This document shows, piece after piece, positions 40,479 to 53,604 of a stretch of 64,000 nt of DNA. The stretch spans positions 172,695 to 236,694 of the forward strand of contig NMRA01000600.1 in the NCBI GenBank assembly GCA_002633005.1, in the 5' to 3' direction. The stretch's first letter is position 1, and the number at the start of each line of letters is the position of its first letter. The position numbers and the translations under genes were made by a program. This DNA comes from Phoronis australis (taxonomy: Eukaryota; Animalia; Phoronida). The notes under the pieces are model-generated. The model worked only from the letters and a program-made list of their open reading frames with translations, did not search any database and was not told where the DNA came from.

Positions 40479-41945
40479 ATTGACTGTTTAAGGGAAACAT
40501 GGAGTTCAGTTTGGAATTGTATGGAGACCAAGAAAAAACATGTACCCACCCTCAATTGTAGAGTTTAAGTTTGGGCTGTCGGATGAAATTTCCCAAAGAA
40601 TTTTTCGAGGAAGAGATATTGTCACTCAAGGGGGATGTTTGTATGCATTTATGGATAACTTTTATTCGCCCTTATTATGGAGATAAGAAATTGCATGATC
40701 TAGTTTTTGAAATCAGTTACATTTTCAGATCTCTCTTTAATGTCGGGAAGGCAAAGAATTTCAGATCACGCATGCACGGGTATTTGTCCAGTTTATAAAA
40801 CATTTTCACGCCTCTGTTGAAGCCCACAACACAATACTTAATAATTCTTTAGCATAAGAAGAACGAATAGAGTAACCCAAAAAACAAACTGCCCTTAAAA
40901 TGTCCCGTTCTGCATATCAGGAGTTTTTCAAAAAGACATTTCTGGGTGTTAAATTCTTGTTTCGCTGTTTTACGGAATGAAGTTTCATTTGTCCTAAATG
41001 AAAAGCTTAGGCCCTAAAAACAGGTGTTTTTAAGTAACTTTGTTATTCTGTAGTACTTGCCTGTACCTACTGTTGTCTGTAGTACTTGACTACACCCGTG
41101 AACTATTTTTTAATAAAATACAATCCAGTACTTCTGGCTGCTAACCGCGTACATGTACTGTGTATTTTGCAATTGGCAGGCTCTTTGCGGACCGTTTTTT
41201 GATTTTTTACACCATTCCGAAACATCATCTAAATGTCTCGCTTTTTGGCGCGCGGCTAAATCGACATACTACCGTATACATGTACTATTATAATTTCCCT
41301 TGTGACATAGCTATATTTTCCAGCTGGACTAAAACGGAAAAACAAGACAGGTTCTTCAGCTCAATATGCTATAGTAGCTGAGGTTTCAATGATCACATAA
41401 CTGGGTTGTTTTTGACAGTTCCCGGTTGTCAGACGATTGACTGTGGGTTTGTTTAAAAGGTATCTATGCTTTGGGATTGTGCGTAGATGGAAAGTGAATG
41501 ATCAAATCCAGTAATTAATTTATTATATGATGACCCCTAATTAGACAAGGGAAACCTATTGTTAATTAAGTAATCAACTACAAAGAGTAACTATGCTAGC
41601 GCTCTCTTTAAAGATTACTTTAATCAACCAAAACAATCAAATGTCTTATCTGCTATCCAAGCTAGGACTCTCCACTTGTTGAATGTCTGTCCTGTTGGTG
41701 AATCTTCGAACTACACACACAATGTATAGCGACAGTGTACTTGCTGGTCACCGTCTTTGGTGATTCAACACTTGCAGGCAATTTCTTCTACCCGCAATTC
41801 TTCTTGCTGGTCATAGTCTCTGGCTGATGACGCAACACTCCAGGTAGTATCTTACTACCCACGATGCAAGTGACAAGCTCTTAGTTAACTTTCTGTTCCT
41901 TAACCCTTGCCCTTGCCAAGATCCTTTCTAGAATCTTCCACGAGA
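40479..41945 (+). repeat. Near-identical second copy (probable alternate haplotype) of 35769-36170 joined directly to 39418-40477
   Basis: Starts right after the N at 40478; colinear with SNPs and small indels. Confidence 0.9.
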
Positions 41946-42432
41946 TGGCTCTGACGTACAATTTCTTCTGTACACTGTAGCAAGTCTTCATGCTTCCACT
42001 ACTATAGCGCATCTCATTATCTTGTTGATTTCAGCCCATAATATAACATTCTACTTATTTAGTGATTGGCTAATAAAAACCACATGATCATATCCACTCG
42101 TATTATTGGCTGTTACAATTTGTTCTCAGAATATTCTAGAATCTCTAGAGTACTTTGACCCCAGAACCCAAAGATGTAAACACCATCTAAAAATAGATTT
42201 TGACGCTAAAATACATGTCAATAATTCTGACCCCATGATTTAAAAGTTCATATGCACAAATTTCGGGCAACTTAAAATGGATCTATTCTTACTAATTACT
42301 TAATATTTATTCTGACACCGGTATACCAAAGTTTACTAGGTATTTTCCAAAATGCTTACGTTCCAATGATATCCATTTGGCAGTCTGTGTTGCGCCATTA
42401 TTAATTTTAAGCAAGGAGAGAGTTCAGTCTAA

Positions 42433-42985
42433 GGTGGTACCTGAAATATCTAATCTAGCTCAAATTTCCAATGGCATACTGTGGTTGGGGGTTTCTGGTA
42501 GGCACAACCCAGATTTTATTTTGTCTGTCATGGAGCATTTAGTTATCAGTGACATGTATTGAATCACATGGAATTGTTTTTTGTAGTACCTCGAATGTAT
42601 GAGCTAGCTCATGTTTGGGGGTCCCTTTTGGGTTTCTGTAAGACCCTTTCCATAGTGCAAGGCGTCTGTCATGTTTCATTCGGTATTCAGTGCGGTACTA
42701 TTGTTCGTTTTAAATCAGTTTTAGCTGCCAGTGTTACCTAGAGTATCTTATCTAGCTCAAATTCTCAATGACGGACCGTGGTTGATATTTTTGGGGTTTT
42801 TTGGCCGGCGCAACCCATTGGACAATTTTTCTGTCATAGGGTACTTAGTGATCCGTGGCATGTATGGAATCACAGGGAATTGGTTTATGTGGTCATTTTT
42901 GGGTTTCCACTTTCGCCGGACCCATTCCAAAGTGCAATTTGTCTGTCATGGGTCATTCGATGCTCAGTGCGGTACAATTGTAAGC
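42433..42985 (+). repeat. Two degenerate tandem units of about 300 bp
   Basis: Repeated ATCTAGCTCAAATT, GAATCACA.GGAATTG and CAGTGCGGTAC anchors. Confidence 0.7.
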
Positions 42986-43490
42986 AATAAAAATTTAATT
43001 TAAGTTAGTTTCCTGACCCCTCAGCTCGACCATAATCCTCATCGAGGCTCACTCATTGTGTATAGGTGACGTATTTATTGACAGAAGTCGACTTGGATAA
43101 CCATAAAAGGCATAGAAACAAGAAATTTGGACAGCTAACTTTCTCTCGCAACCTTATTGTTGAGTGGTGAGCACATGCAAAGTAGCCTGGAAATGTACAT
43201 AGTTTCATTCACAGCAGAGGGAGAAAAAGGACAATTCACAATGGACACAGTTCATCCAAAAAGACCGCTACCCCTCCAGTAGACCAAGACAGCCAGATGA
43301 CGCAATAGACGGTTGCAGTGCTGTGCGTCTCCCACATTTGGAAGCTAAGGGGATTACCCACCTTGCTGATGGCGATGGCTTTGGGTCAACACTTTCTTAC
43401 AAGTTCAGGCCAAGCACAAAAAGAGAAAGCAGTTACCGTGAGACCAAACGACTGGACGGCCGAAAGGAACGTCACCGTAAACATTCACCC

Positions 43491-43683
43491 GGGGTTAGGG
43501 TTAGGTTTACAGAGTTAGGCTTACAGGGTGAAGGTTACAGGGTTAGGGTAAGAGTTCCAGGGTTAGGGTCAGAATAGGGGTTAGGGCTGGACTTCCAGGG
43601 TTAGGGTAAGGGTTATGGTGTTAGGCTAAGGCCCCACGATTAGGGTTTGGGTTAGGGCTAAGCCGGTTAGGTCTAGTTAGGGT
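43491..43683 (+). repeat. Degenerate interstitial TTAGGG-like tract
   Basis: Many GGTTAGG(G) units separated by short variable spacers. Confidence 0.75.
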
Positions 43684-45112
43684 AAAGATTAAATTGTTTC
43701 TACAAATAATGTAAAAATAAATCAGCAGAAACTACTGTTAAGACTTTGATTATTGACATAGAGAGGAATTAGTGCCAACACTTGGAACTATTTGAAAGTT
43801 GAAATTTGGCCATTTCTTTTTAAGGAGGCACTGAACGGATTTCAAGGGGGATTGCCTGTCAGAACAGACCTCAATGGACTCTTCATCCTGTCTTCACTCT
43901 GTCAAAAACTGCATGCAAATAAAGAAAAGTTCTGAGCCATTTCACATCACAAACCAAACAGATGAGCACAGAAACTTTATTCTCTCTTGTATTTTTGACC
44001 CTTTCACTCCCAGTGGAAACCAAGTCAGACTAAGACAAATAAGGGCAAAATATGCAAAATCGGCACTTTTCTCCCCAAAACCACCACTTCCCTGCCAATG
44101 CTCAACTAAAGCCAACATTAGATTCCGAAAGCAAATTTTCTACCGATTCCAAAAATGTGGCCCAAAAGTACTGTCAACCAACTAGTTTTTTTTGTAATCT
44201 GGCTTGTTTGAGGGCTACCTGAAATCGCGGCTAATTTCTCAGTTGCTACACAGCAATGCACAATTGCAACAGGGGGCCACCACCTTGAAGAAGAGTGCAA
44301 CTACAGCCAAGAAAGTGGCCTTTTTCATTCTCAGCATGTTCACAAATACAAACAAACCACATTCACTGAGCCTACATGCAATGCCTACATACAAAATGAC
44401 CCCAAACTTGGCCGCGGCTGCAGCCTAACTGTTCAGTGCCACCTTTACCAAATGCATGTATGCACCAATGATGTGTAAAGCTCATTTATTATACTTTTCC
44501 TTCTTTAAAAAGAGCAGCTGTTCAATAATGTAAGTTTCATTGCCTGCATAAAGATATTATTGATAACAATAACACACACATCATTCATTCTCATTTAAAC
44601 ACATATGCAGGTATAATATTAATATATGTATCTCCTCTTTGTTTATAATACGTCCATTTATTGTACTCTGTTTTTGTGTTTTTGAGGCTCATAACTTAGC
44701 AAAACGAATTAAATTTAATTGCGGCATTTCCTTTGTATTTAATTAATTTCGTCATTTATTTTTGTTAGACTGGACTAAGATTATTTTTCATCAGATAAGC
44801 TAAGATATGTTAAGTTTTGTCTTAAGCTGTTGTGACGTTTTTCCCGTGTATGGGTTGGTGCAGGTAGATACCAACTGGTGCTAATATCTTTCGATCTCGG
44901 TCGATACGCGGAATAATATCTCGTGGAATATTACTTCATTTACGCCAATCGAGGTATGTTTGGAATTTATCCCATAAGCTTCGATTTCCTAAGTTTCTTT
45001 CGTTTTTTCCGCAGATTTTTTAAGTAGTTCATTCAGACAGTTCACGTGGCGGATCACATCCTGTACAGTGTATGCATGTACTTGGGCTTTAGTGTGCAAT
45101 TAACGAGTCAAT

Positions 45113-48100
45113 ATACCACCTGACCCACAATAAATTGCAACAAAATGTTTTACAGTGGTTTTACGCGCCACTGCGTATCCTTATTAACAGGGAAATGTCT
45201 ACCAAAATCTGACCACCGGAAATGGGTCAAAACTGCGTCATTTCCAAGCTGGCCGCCACGACGTTTCAAAATCACCAAAAATAAATATAGCTCATTCAAT
45301 AATTGAGATAGAGACATAATTTTTGGTTCTAGTCTATGGTTTTAACGAGTTAGTTACTCGCTGGTGTGGTTAAAACTAAGATATGATTAGTATTTGATAT
45401 GAACTTCAAGATTGCGGCTAAAGTTCAATAACAGAAATCACTGATTTTCACTTCATCAATTATAACGGAAGTATGATCAGATATGACTGGTTTCTCATTG
45501 AATGATTTTAAAACATTTAGATTTGACTGATTGCTGACTGAACTACTATGAAATGTGAACATTGCATTAATATTTAATATTCAACTCAAAACATTGGCTT
45601 ACATAAAAGTAACAAAAAGTGTAGATTTGCTTGCCACTGGTTTTTAATTAAAAACACACAAGGAAACTAGAATCCCAAGGCAAAATGTCAACATCTGTCT
45701 GAAGTGCCCACAATCAGCCGCAATTGTGCAGATCATCGAAAATCTTGAGAAGAAGTCTGTGGCTGGTCTGAAAATGATCCATACTGCTCAGGCAATGATC
45801 AAGGTAGATCGCACTCGGTCTTGGATGATCACTTGCCAGCTGTTGGTGATACCTTGCCAATATTTGTTGCAGCTGGAGAGAACAACTACCTGAAATCTGT
45901 TTACCTCTACATACAAGAAATGGCTGATTTGGAGAGCAAACACCCAGATGTGTATGCGAAGTTTCAAAAATAGCTGTCATATGATTCGGCGAGCAAACCA
46001 GTTTTGGGCAGGCCTTAGCTGTGATCAAGCCATTGAGAAAAATTACTAAATGCGATCGCTATAAGGCACAGGCGGCTTGACTCATGGCAGTAAGATGACA
46101 GAGGAGCAGCAAGCATTGTGGACAATTTTGGTCACCTTAACGTCAAAAGTGAACATCACCTTACAGGACTCCAATGACCTCACGTACACAACAAGCGAAC
46201 CACACAAACTGGCAACTGCTGCCAGAATTGAAAGAGATATGTATGCGACTTTTCAAAGATAAGTATAAAGATGACCGCATTTTCACCCTTCTCCCCAGAC
46301 TCTGCGCTACGCAATGTCATCAATGGTGTTGTCGCCAACTCAAATGTCAACGTGCATGGATGTCAATCTCTTGGGAAAAAAATCATTGAGAGAATGGTTC
46401 GACAACCTGTGTTTACTTTCTCTTTTAAGATGAAAGAGAATGCTAAGACCCTGGGAAATACAGCAGCAGTCCAGGTTGGTCCTGACGGAACCATCGATCC
46501 TTGCTTACTCTTCCAGCCATCCCAGGTGGTATTCCAGTAAGACGAGAGTCTTTCTATGAGGACAACCTGTTCTTGAAGAAGGCTGATAGACCTCAACTGA
46601 CCGCTCTTCCAAGGCCCATGCTCTTGAAGGAGCACCAAACTCCACACCTTAAGTACGTCTCCAGACTGAAAAGTGTGCGCTTGATGGGGATCTTTTCTAC
46701 ACAAGCTCAAATGGAAAAATAGACACTGTATACCTATGAGAAATTGTCGAAACATATGGTGACTTCACGGCAAAGCAAACTGAGGCAGCCACTGTTGTCT
46801 TTGATGGTTATGGTGCAGGTCCTTCGATAACGGATACACAGAGACGGAGACAGATCAGCATCTACCCGACGGTGAACTTCACCGGAGAAACGGACTTTGA
46901 TGGTTAAGAGAGATGAATTCCTATCCACTGGCAGAAACAAGCAACAACTGATCGCCTTAATAAGTGACCAGCTGCAGAAAGTGGGATGCACAGCCGTTCA
47001 GGCAGAAGGGGACGCCGATGTGGTCACTGCAAAGACAGCAGTAAACAATGTAATATGCATTCCACCACAGTATTCGGCAAGGACTCTAACTTGTTGATGC
47101 TTATGCTCCATTATTGTATGGTTGACGGGAAATCACTATTTTTCAGATCTGGCTACCAGCCAAGAACCAATCTTAAAGTATACGACATAAATTGGATGAG
47201 GTGTGTGCTCAGGATTAAATTGTGTATCCAGCTACTTTTCCTGCCCTCCTACACAGGATGCAACGCAACGGCTCGTGTATGGCGTCGGAAAGACTTCAGT
47301 CTCCAAGAAACTCGTGAAAGATGACCAAGTCCTCCAGTCATGCGCAGACACATTCACCACGAAAGGTGTGAGCCCCGCTTAGAGAAACTTGGCAGCCAAG
47401 CGATGGTGGCAATGCTTGGTAGAGAGGGCACGTGTTCTCTGCTGTGCATTACAACATATTTACAAAGAAGCTTGCTGTTGCTAAGTCTTTCGCTACTCCC
47501 GAACGTCTTCCACACACGGAATCAGCCACCAGGTTTCATTGTCTCGAGTGTGCTAACAGGTCATGGTTTTGATGGAGATGGCAAATGACCGGGGTCCTTT
47601 AGACTGGGGCTGGAGACTTGAAGACAATGAAGTCGTGCACATCCTAACCGCCATGAATGCTTCACCAGGCACTCCTCTAGATGACACACTGCAACTGCAC
47701 TACAGCTGGTAGCACGCCCCGGTGCAGTTGCAGAAAGATTGGGCTTGCATGTACATCTATATTTAGATTCTGCCTAGCGACATTTTGTGACAATCCACTA
47801 AATCAAATTTCTGAGGAACGTGAAGACAGTGATGATGATTGACCTGAGGCAGTATGCATTCGTGTAATGAACATAACATTCTTGGATGAAAATGTAATCT
47901 ACTCGTTCGTGAGTCATGTCGACGAATAATTACTTTATTTACACCTGTTTTTCAGTCATTTTGATACTGAGTAACGCCTTTCAGTAAAGGGGAATTTTTG
48001 CAGGCTTAAGTTATTGAGCATAATACAACATATACCTTGGTACACATTCTCTGTGAGTGCATTCCAAACACCGTAGTTCATTAGATTGCAGTAAGGACTT

Positions 48101-48820
48101 TGTGTAAAAAATGTTGTAATTAACCCCAGTTAGCTCGTTCTCAGGACTTGAAAACACCATGACTTTTCAAAATGTAGCACCCAACTGACTGTAACAAAAC
48201 CCTTGAAAACGTAATTCCGAATAAATTTATTGCTAAGTGTCACCATTCTTGATATAACACCTTTTATAATCTTGTAAGCTAATTTGGCATTGACTTTTTT
48301 GGGTTATAAAAGTATCTTTTCTATCTTGATAGGAAAACACGGTGCCTCATTATATTTCTTATGGTGTACTGACAATAGATTGATATGCACATGTGCAAAA
48401 CTTCGTGCAATTTCAATGAATGTTTATAGAAAAAAATAAAGGTTAAAGTTCGAAACGTTTCTTCGACCACCCGATGTAATGGACAAATCAGTTATTTTTT
48501 ATTCTTGAATTTTAGTCGCCATCTTGAATTTCATATCAAATACTGATCAAATCTTAATTTTAACCACACCAGCGAGTTGCTCACCCGGTAAAACCATAGA
48601 CTAGAACCAAAAATTATGTCTCTACCGCAATTACTTAAGAAATTCTATTTTGGTGATTTCAAAACGTCATGTCAGCCATCGTTGAAATGACGGAGTTTTA
48701 ACCCATTTCCGGTGGTCAGATTATGGTAGACTTTTTGGCTGTTAATAAGTATACGCAGTAGAGCACCAAACCCTTGTAAAACCTTAATTTTGTTGCAATT
48801 TGTTGTGGGTCGGGTGGCTA
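45113..48820 (+). mobile_element. Decayed Academ DNA transposon
   Basis: Diverged TIRs of about 340 bp (45113-45450 / 48480-48820); right end ...GGTGGCTA (TAG terminus); internal transposase. Confidence 0.85.
45720..47842 (+). pseudogene. Academ transposase pseudogene (XPG/PIN-like nuclease motifs and C-terminal Cys cluster)
   Basis: Motifs across frameshifts: HPDV, QFWAGLSCDQAIE, LRNVINGVVA, IDPCLLFQ, VVFDGYG.GPS, NKQQLI, QAEGDADV, TGC, DWGW, HCNC...CSCRKIGLAC; many stops. Confidence 0.85.
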
Positions 48821-50360
48821 TTTGTTATAAATTGAGTCGTTCACATATTTTCTCAAATAAAAAAACAGTTTTAACTGTAACGGTTTATTACTTGAAAAGA
48901 GATGAAAACAATGGATACTTTGCACTGGTCTTGTAACGTCTCCTGGGAGTAGTTAAATGACAGTACTATTTGATATTGCAGTTACCGAGGAATCGGCGCC
49001 TGAGTTGCAGGCGATATATTGTTTAGCAAATGAAAGCTGGGACAGAACTGTCATATAGTCTATTCGCCGCGTGCGCGGACCAATCGCACACGATGCAAAT
49101 AGGCTAGCTTGCACAACAACAAAACTGTTTAGTCTTTTTTAATATTCAAAATGTACCAAGTTAAAACTTTTCACCTTACTGAAGGTTTTAACTTTGTGCA
49201 AATGCCAGAGAAAACAATATGGGCGTAATAACGACCGCCATTGTTAAGAAAGTGGCGCTAACGATTACCTTTCCACTTCAGTAGCTCATATCAACATCAA
49301 TACAAAGGACGTGCTGAATAGGCTTAATAAAAGTTCTCTGGGTCTTAGGGCGGTGACCAGTGTAAGACATAAATTGTCAACATGACTGGCTGATGACTCA
49401 CAGCTATGCCAGTAACTGCACAGCACTACATGTACAAAACCATTTTGTGTAATTTACTGGGCGCTACTGGGAGTAAGTTGGTCCATTACTGGATCAATGC
49501 TGTCTCAGCACTGCATACGGCGTTGGCTTATTAATGGCCCAGTATCTTATAAAGCTGCCATAGCCGGCCTGTTACCGCTCCGGTACTGGCCTAGTACTGA
49601 CCTATGACTGCAAAGGGTACAGAGCCATAATCAATAATGTACCGAGAAAGTACTGGCAGTAAGCCAGCCCAGTACAGGGCCAATACCGGCCCGGCCCTAA
49701 ATAGGGTACTGGCTCATTGATGGGTCAATACCGTACAAAGTTGTTACAGCGCGTTACCCATGACGAATCTCTCCCTGCTGAAAATTCAAGCCAAAAACCA
49801 ATTAAAATTGTTAACTGAAGCGTAAGTTTCAATTACCCCATTCCCTGCCAACACAATAGAGAGCCAGCTGAATGGGCTGCCTAAGTTAAGAAAGCATCAT
49901 AAAATTCTCCAACTGAATAGGACTACTTGTGACCTTCCTTTTGACCTGGATTTTCATATGGAGGAACCAGAAACCTCTTATATGGTAGTTACATTGGCTG
50001 AGAAGGAATTTTGTAGAAACAATAAATCCCAATAGTTTGGTTACACTTACATTGCAATTATTTTACAATAAATGAAGTAATATGAAAGATAAGCAATACA
50101 TCTAATCACACAAGTTTTTATTTTTAAAACATGCATACAGATAGATATAATAGGAAAAAGGAAACAACTTTACCCAGAAAATAAACATGACTGTACAATA
50201 CTCTAGTTTATAAAAAATAATATTGAGAACCTAGGGACAAAGTGAGATCTGTTAAAAAATACACATCTGTAAATGCTGCGCATCAAGATATATAAATACC
50301 TCAACTTACATAATATACACACGTTTAAGTTATGAGCTTCCAAGTTAACAAAATATGATC

Positions 50361-50616
50361 AACAAAATACTTATTGTTGAAGCTAAAAACATACCAGTAC
50401 CATTGTGATGATAGAAAAAATTATGCACACCTTTAATCGCATTTGTTTGGGACAAAATATGAGTACGAACTTTAAAATCAGCGCATATGTGAACAACGGC
50501 AACGGCAGCAACAACAAAATACTTGTAATTGGAGGTAAAAACAGACCATTACAATTGTGATAATAGAAGAAACCGATGCATATCTTTAATCACATTTGTT
50601 TTTAGCCAAAATATGC
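50361..50616 (+). repeat. Two diverged direct repeats of about 100 bp
   Basis: AACAAAATACTT...CTTTAATC.CATTTGTTT...CAAAATATG at about 50361 and 50514. Confidence 0.65.
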
Positions 50617-52385
50617 TTTTAAGGGGCATCAACAACAGGATGCAATACAGTAGACAATAATACATAAAATAATAATTAGATACAGGTAACAAAGCAGCAA
50701 TTAATAACAGGTTAAGGGTGAAATTTTGACCAGGAGAGATGAAATAAAGAGATGGTACTAAATAGTGAGGGCATGAACAATAATGAAAAATGACATAATT
50801 AAGAAAGGTAAAGTGTAAGAATGGGTAAGTAAATTACAGCCACTTTTTACTATTAAGTTTAACAGTATTAATTGAAATGGGGCATTTAATTTCTGGGCTA
50901 AGAGAATTCTTTATTACAGCAGCAGCATAAATAAGAGATCTCTCCCCGCTCTTAGTTTTATTTTTTTCAAAACAAACATTACCAGCAAGGGAAGGTGTAA
51001 AGAATATGGCTTGACTGCTGCCGAATTTGTGGCCAAGATATGTTGAAGCAAAGCCATCGACACATCTGTTACATGCAACAGGCAGAGAGATATTTATTTC
51101 TTATTATTTTAATACAAAGTGAAACTTCACATTTCATCAACTTATATCAACATCAGAATTACTTAATAATCACTGAAACAAAAGATACACTAAACATCTG
51201 CACGGCATGAGCAGTGTTTACAATAAGTCTAAGTAGTAATGAACTATATACAACAATCTACTTTACAAAACCCTTTTAATATTATAAAACACTTGTGTAA
51301 TTACAAAACTAACAGCAGCAACAAGTCAATGACCTGGTCCTCAACATTAGAAATGAACCAGAGGGCCAGACCAAAAAGAAATGAGCAAACCATGACACAA
51401 AAATAAGCCTTGCAACTGCTTCACAAAACTCAACTATTAATGTTTGTAAAAATACAAGGGGAATTTAAGAGCATGGCAGAATCCCTATTCAAAACAATAC
51501 CAAATGGCGCTTGGAGATGTCCCACCTACATCTCAGTGCAAAATATGAAAAAATTAGATTCCCTTTAGAGATGTCATGCCAACGACATAGTGTGACATGC
51601 AGACAGACCTTTGTGAATACTATGTCTCCGACATCGTGCTATGAGCGACAAAAATTATGCCAACGACATTGTGTGACATACAGACAGAATGCCAAAGGTT
51701 TGGACATGAAATTGTAAATTTCATAAAAATGAATGAAAAATTCACATAGCTTTCATTTACAAAATTGAAGCAAACTTTAAATAACGATGTTCATATAACA
51801 CTTCTCTATAACACAGCTCAAAACTAGCACCAAGCAAACAGCAAGGAACTGCCGCAACCGGCAAAGTGGTTCTCAGAATTTTGCATGTTAAATAGGACTA
51901 TTGCAGGGGATTCAGCAGTTAACCCAATATGACAAGAACTGTGAACTGACGTTTGTACCTGGCATTCTGTCCTCGCATTGCATCATTCCTTAAGTCTTCT
52001 TTAGCTACTTATCGCATAAAAACATTCATGTATTTTTTAATCCTTGTTTGGTCTCCATCTTGTGTTAAGTAGTTCACTGTGTCACCATTAAACAATATTT
52101 TTCCATTGGGAGGACACTCTTGCTTTGGGACCTGTGCGTTGTTTCCCTTTGACAAATCCACTGACTGAAAAAAGGCATACAAAGTTAGAGTTCATAACAC
52201 GTACCCGACTTGCAGGGTGTAATGCATGTTGATAATCCCATTCACTTTTCCTCAAAGGCAAGTATGAAACACAAAGTATACAGAAGGAAAAATATAAGTT
52301 AAATCAAATAAGACTGTAATTTTGTATTTTTTAATGTTAATGGTTTCATCACTTTTGAATGTAATTATTGAAGCCTATCAAAATC

Positions 52386-52452
52386 TAGGCAATGCCCATC
52401 GCCTCTGCTGGCCCAACCAGGTTGGGCCAGCAGAGGCGTTGGTCATTGCCAA
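52386..52452. mobile_element. 67-bp hairpin mini-element of the TAGGCAA-terminus family
   Basis: Near-perfect palindrome; flanks ATCAAAATC / GTAAAAATC (7 of 9 match). Confidence 0.6.
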
Positions 52453-52560
52453 GTAAAAATCTATTCGGTGTAATCACACAAACACCCCACCCTCACAAAA
52501 ATTTCCGCAACAATTCAGCTTAAAATCTAACTTTCAAAAAATCAGTCATTACGGGGTAGG

Positions 52561-52938
52561 TAAGGTAAATTACATCGCCGTGAATGCCGAGGAAGTTACG
52601 TAAAATCACGCCTGTAAATGAACACAGTCCATGGACACGAATCTTAAAAAAAAAACTAATATATGCCATGCTATTTTGCAAGTGTCACACGCGAGGTCAC
52701 GCGCTCTCTAAGTCTCGCGCTTGTGCTTGCCTAACTCAATGGAATTAGTTTGTGGTTGTCGCACGCGATGAAAAAGTTAACGGCTACTAAAAAGTGGAAT
52801 TCGAATTCTTCGCCATAATCGTCTTACTTCAACAAACATGCTTCATGGAAGATATGTACAGAGCCAGAAATGATCGCTGTAGAAACTAAGCGCTTTTTTA
52901 AGTGAAATTTAGCCAGCGGAGGGGCTACGTGTTGCCTA
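52561..52938 (-). mobile_element. Second, shorter copy of the 5646-7051 element
   Basis: Reverse complement begins TAGGCAACACGTAGCCCCT and aligns with 5810-6170. Confidence 0.75.
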
Positions 52939-52974
52939 GGGCCACGGTAGGCCTAAAGGTACTTACATTGGGAG

Positions 52975-53071
52975 CACAGGCGTCCTCAGCTTCTGATCGT
53001 CCCCAATACACTACATATAATACTACTATATGTAGTGTATTGGTGACGATCAGAAGCTGAGGACGCCTGTG
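52975..53071. mobile_element. 97-bp fold-back MITE (CACAG...CTGTG)
   Basis: Arms of about 45 bp with 1 mismatch; flanks CATTGGGAG / CATGGGAG resemble an 8-9-bp TSD. Confidence 0.75.
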
Positions 53072-53604
53072 CATGGGAGCAGGTTTGCTAGAAACAATTG
53101 ATACGGGGAAGGCCTGAAGGCTGTAATAAATTCACATAACAAAAATAGTAGACCTAACGCGCAAGAAGTAATACGTTAAAATGTGCACCATTCTCTGATC
53201 ATCTGTCACTGTGTACCTTAGTACTTACCTCTATTCCCTAAGCGCTTGAGTTTGGGTAGTTGACCGTGTCGAATTTCACTCGACAGTCGAGTCCACGTCT
53301 CTTTCAAGTTTCCGTGTCCAGGCCAGTCGGGAAACTTAAAGGCGAAGGCAACCTTTTTCCATGTCATTTTGAGCTAAAATAAGGTTGGTTGGTTATCCTA
53401 GACATATTTTCCACTTAATTACAGCTTTTCGTAATTTTATTAATTACTCGTCCGCTACTCCGGAAGTGACGTTTTAGGAGGCAAGCATTTCGCGCCAATT
53501 TCTTTTCATATAGTCTGACTGTGAGAGCTGCCGAGTCAGTCATTGTTCTACCTCGGTTGTGTTAAGTTCCGTCGTCGTTTGCTTTCATTTACTAGTCAGT
53601 CAAC

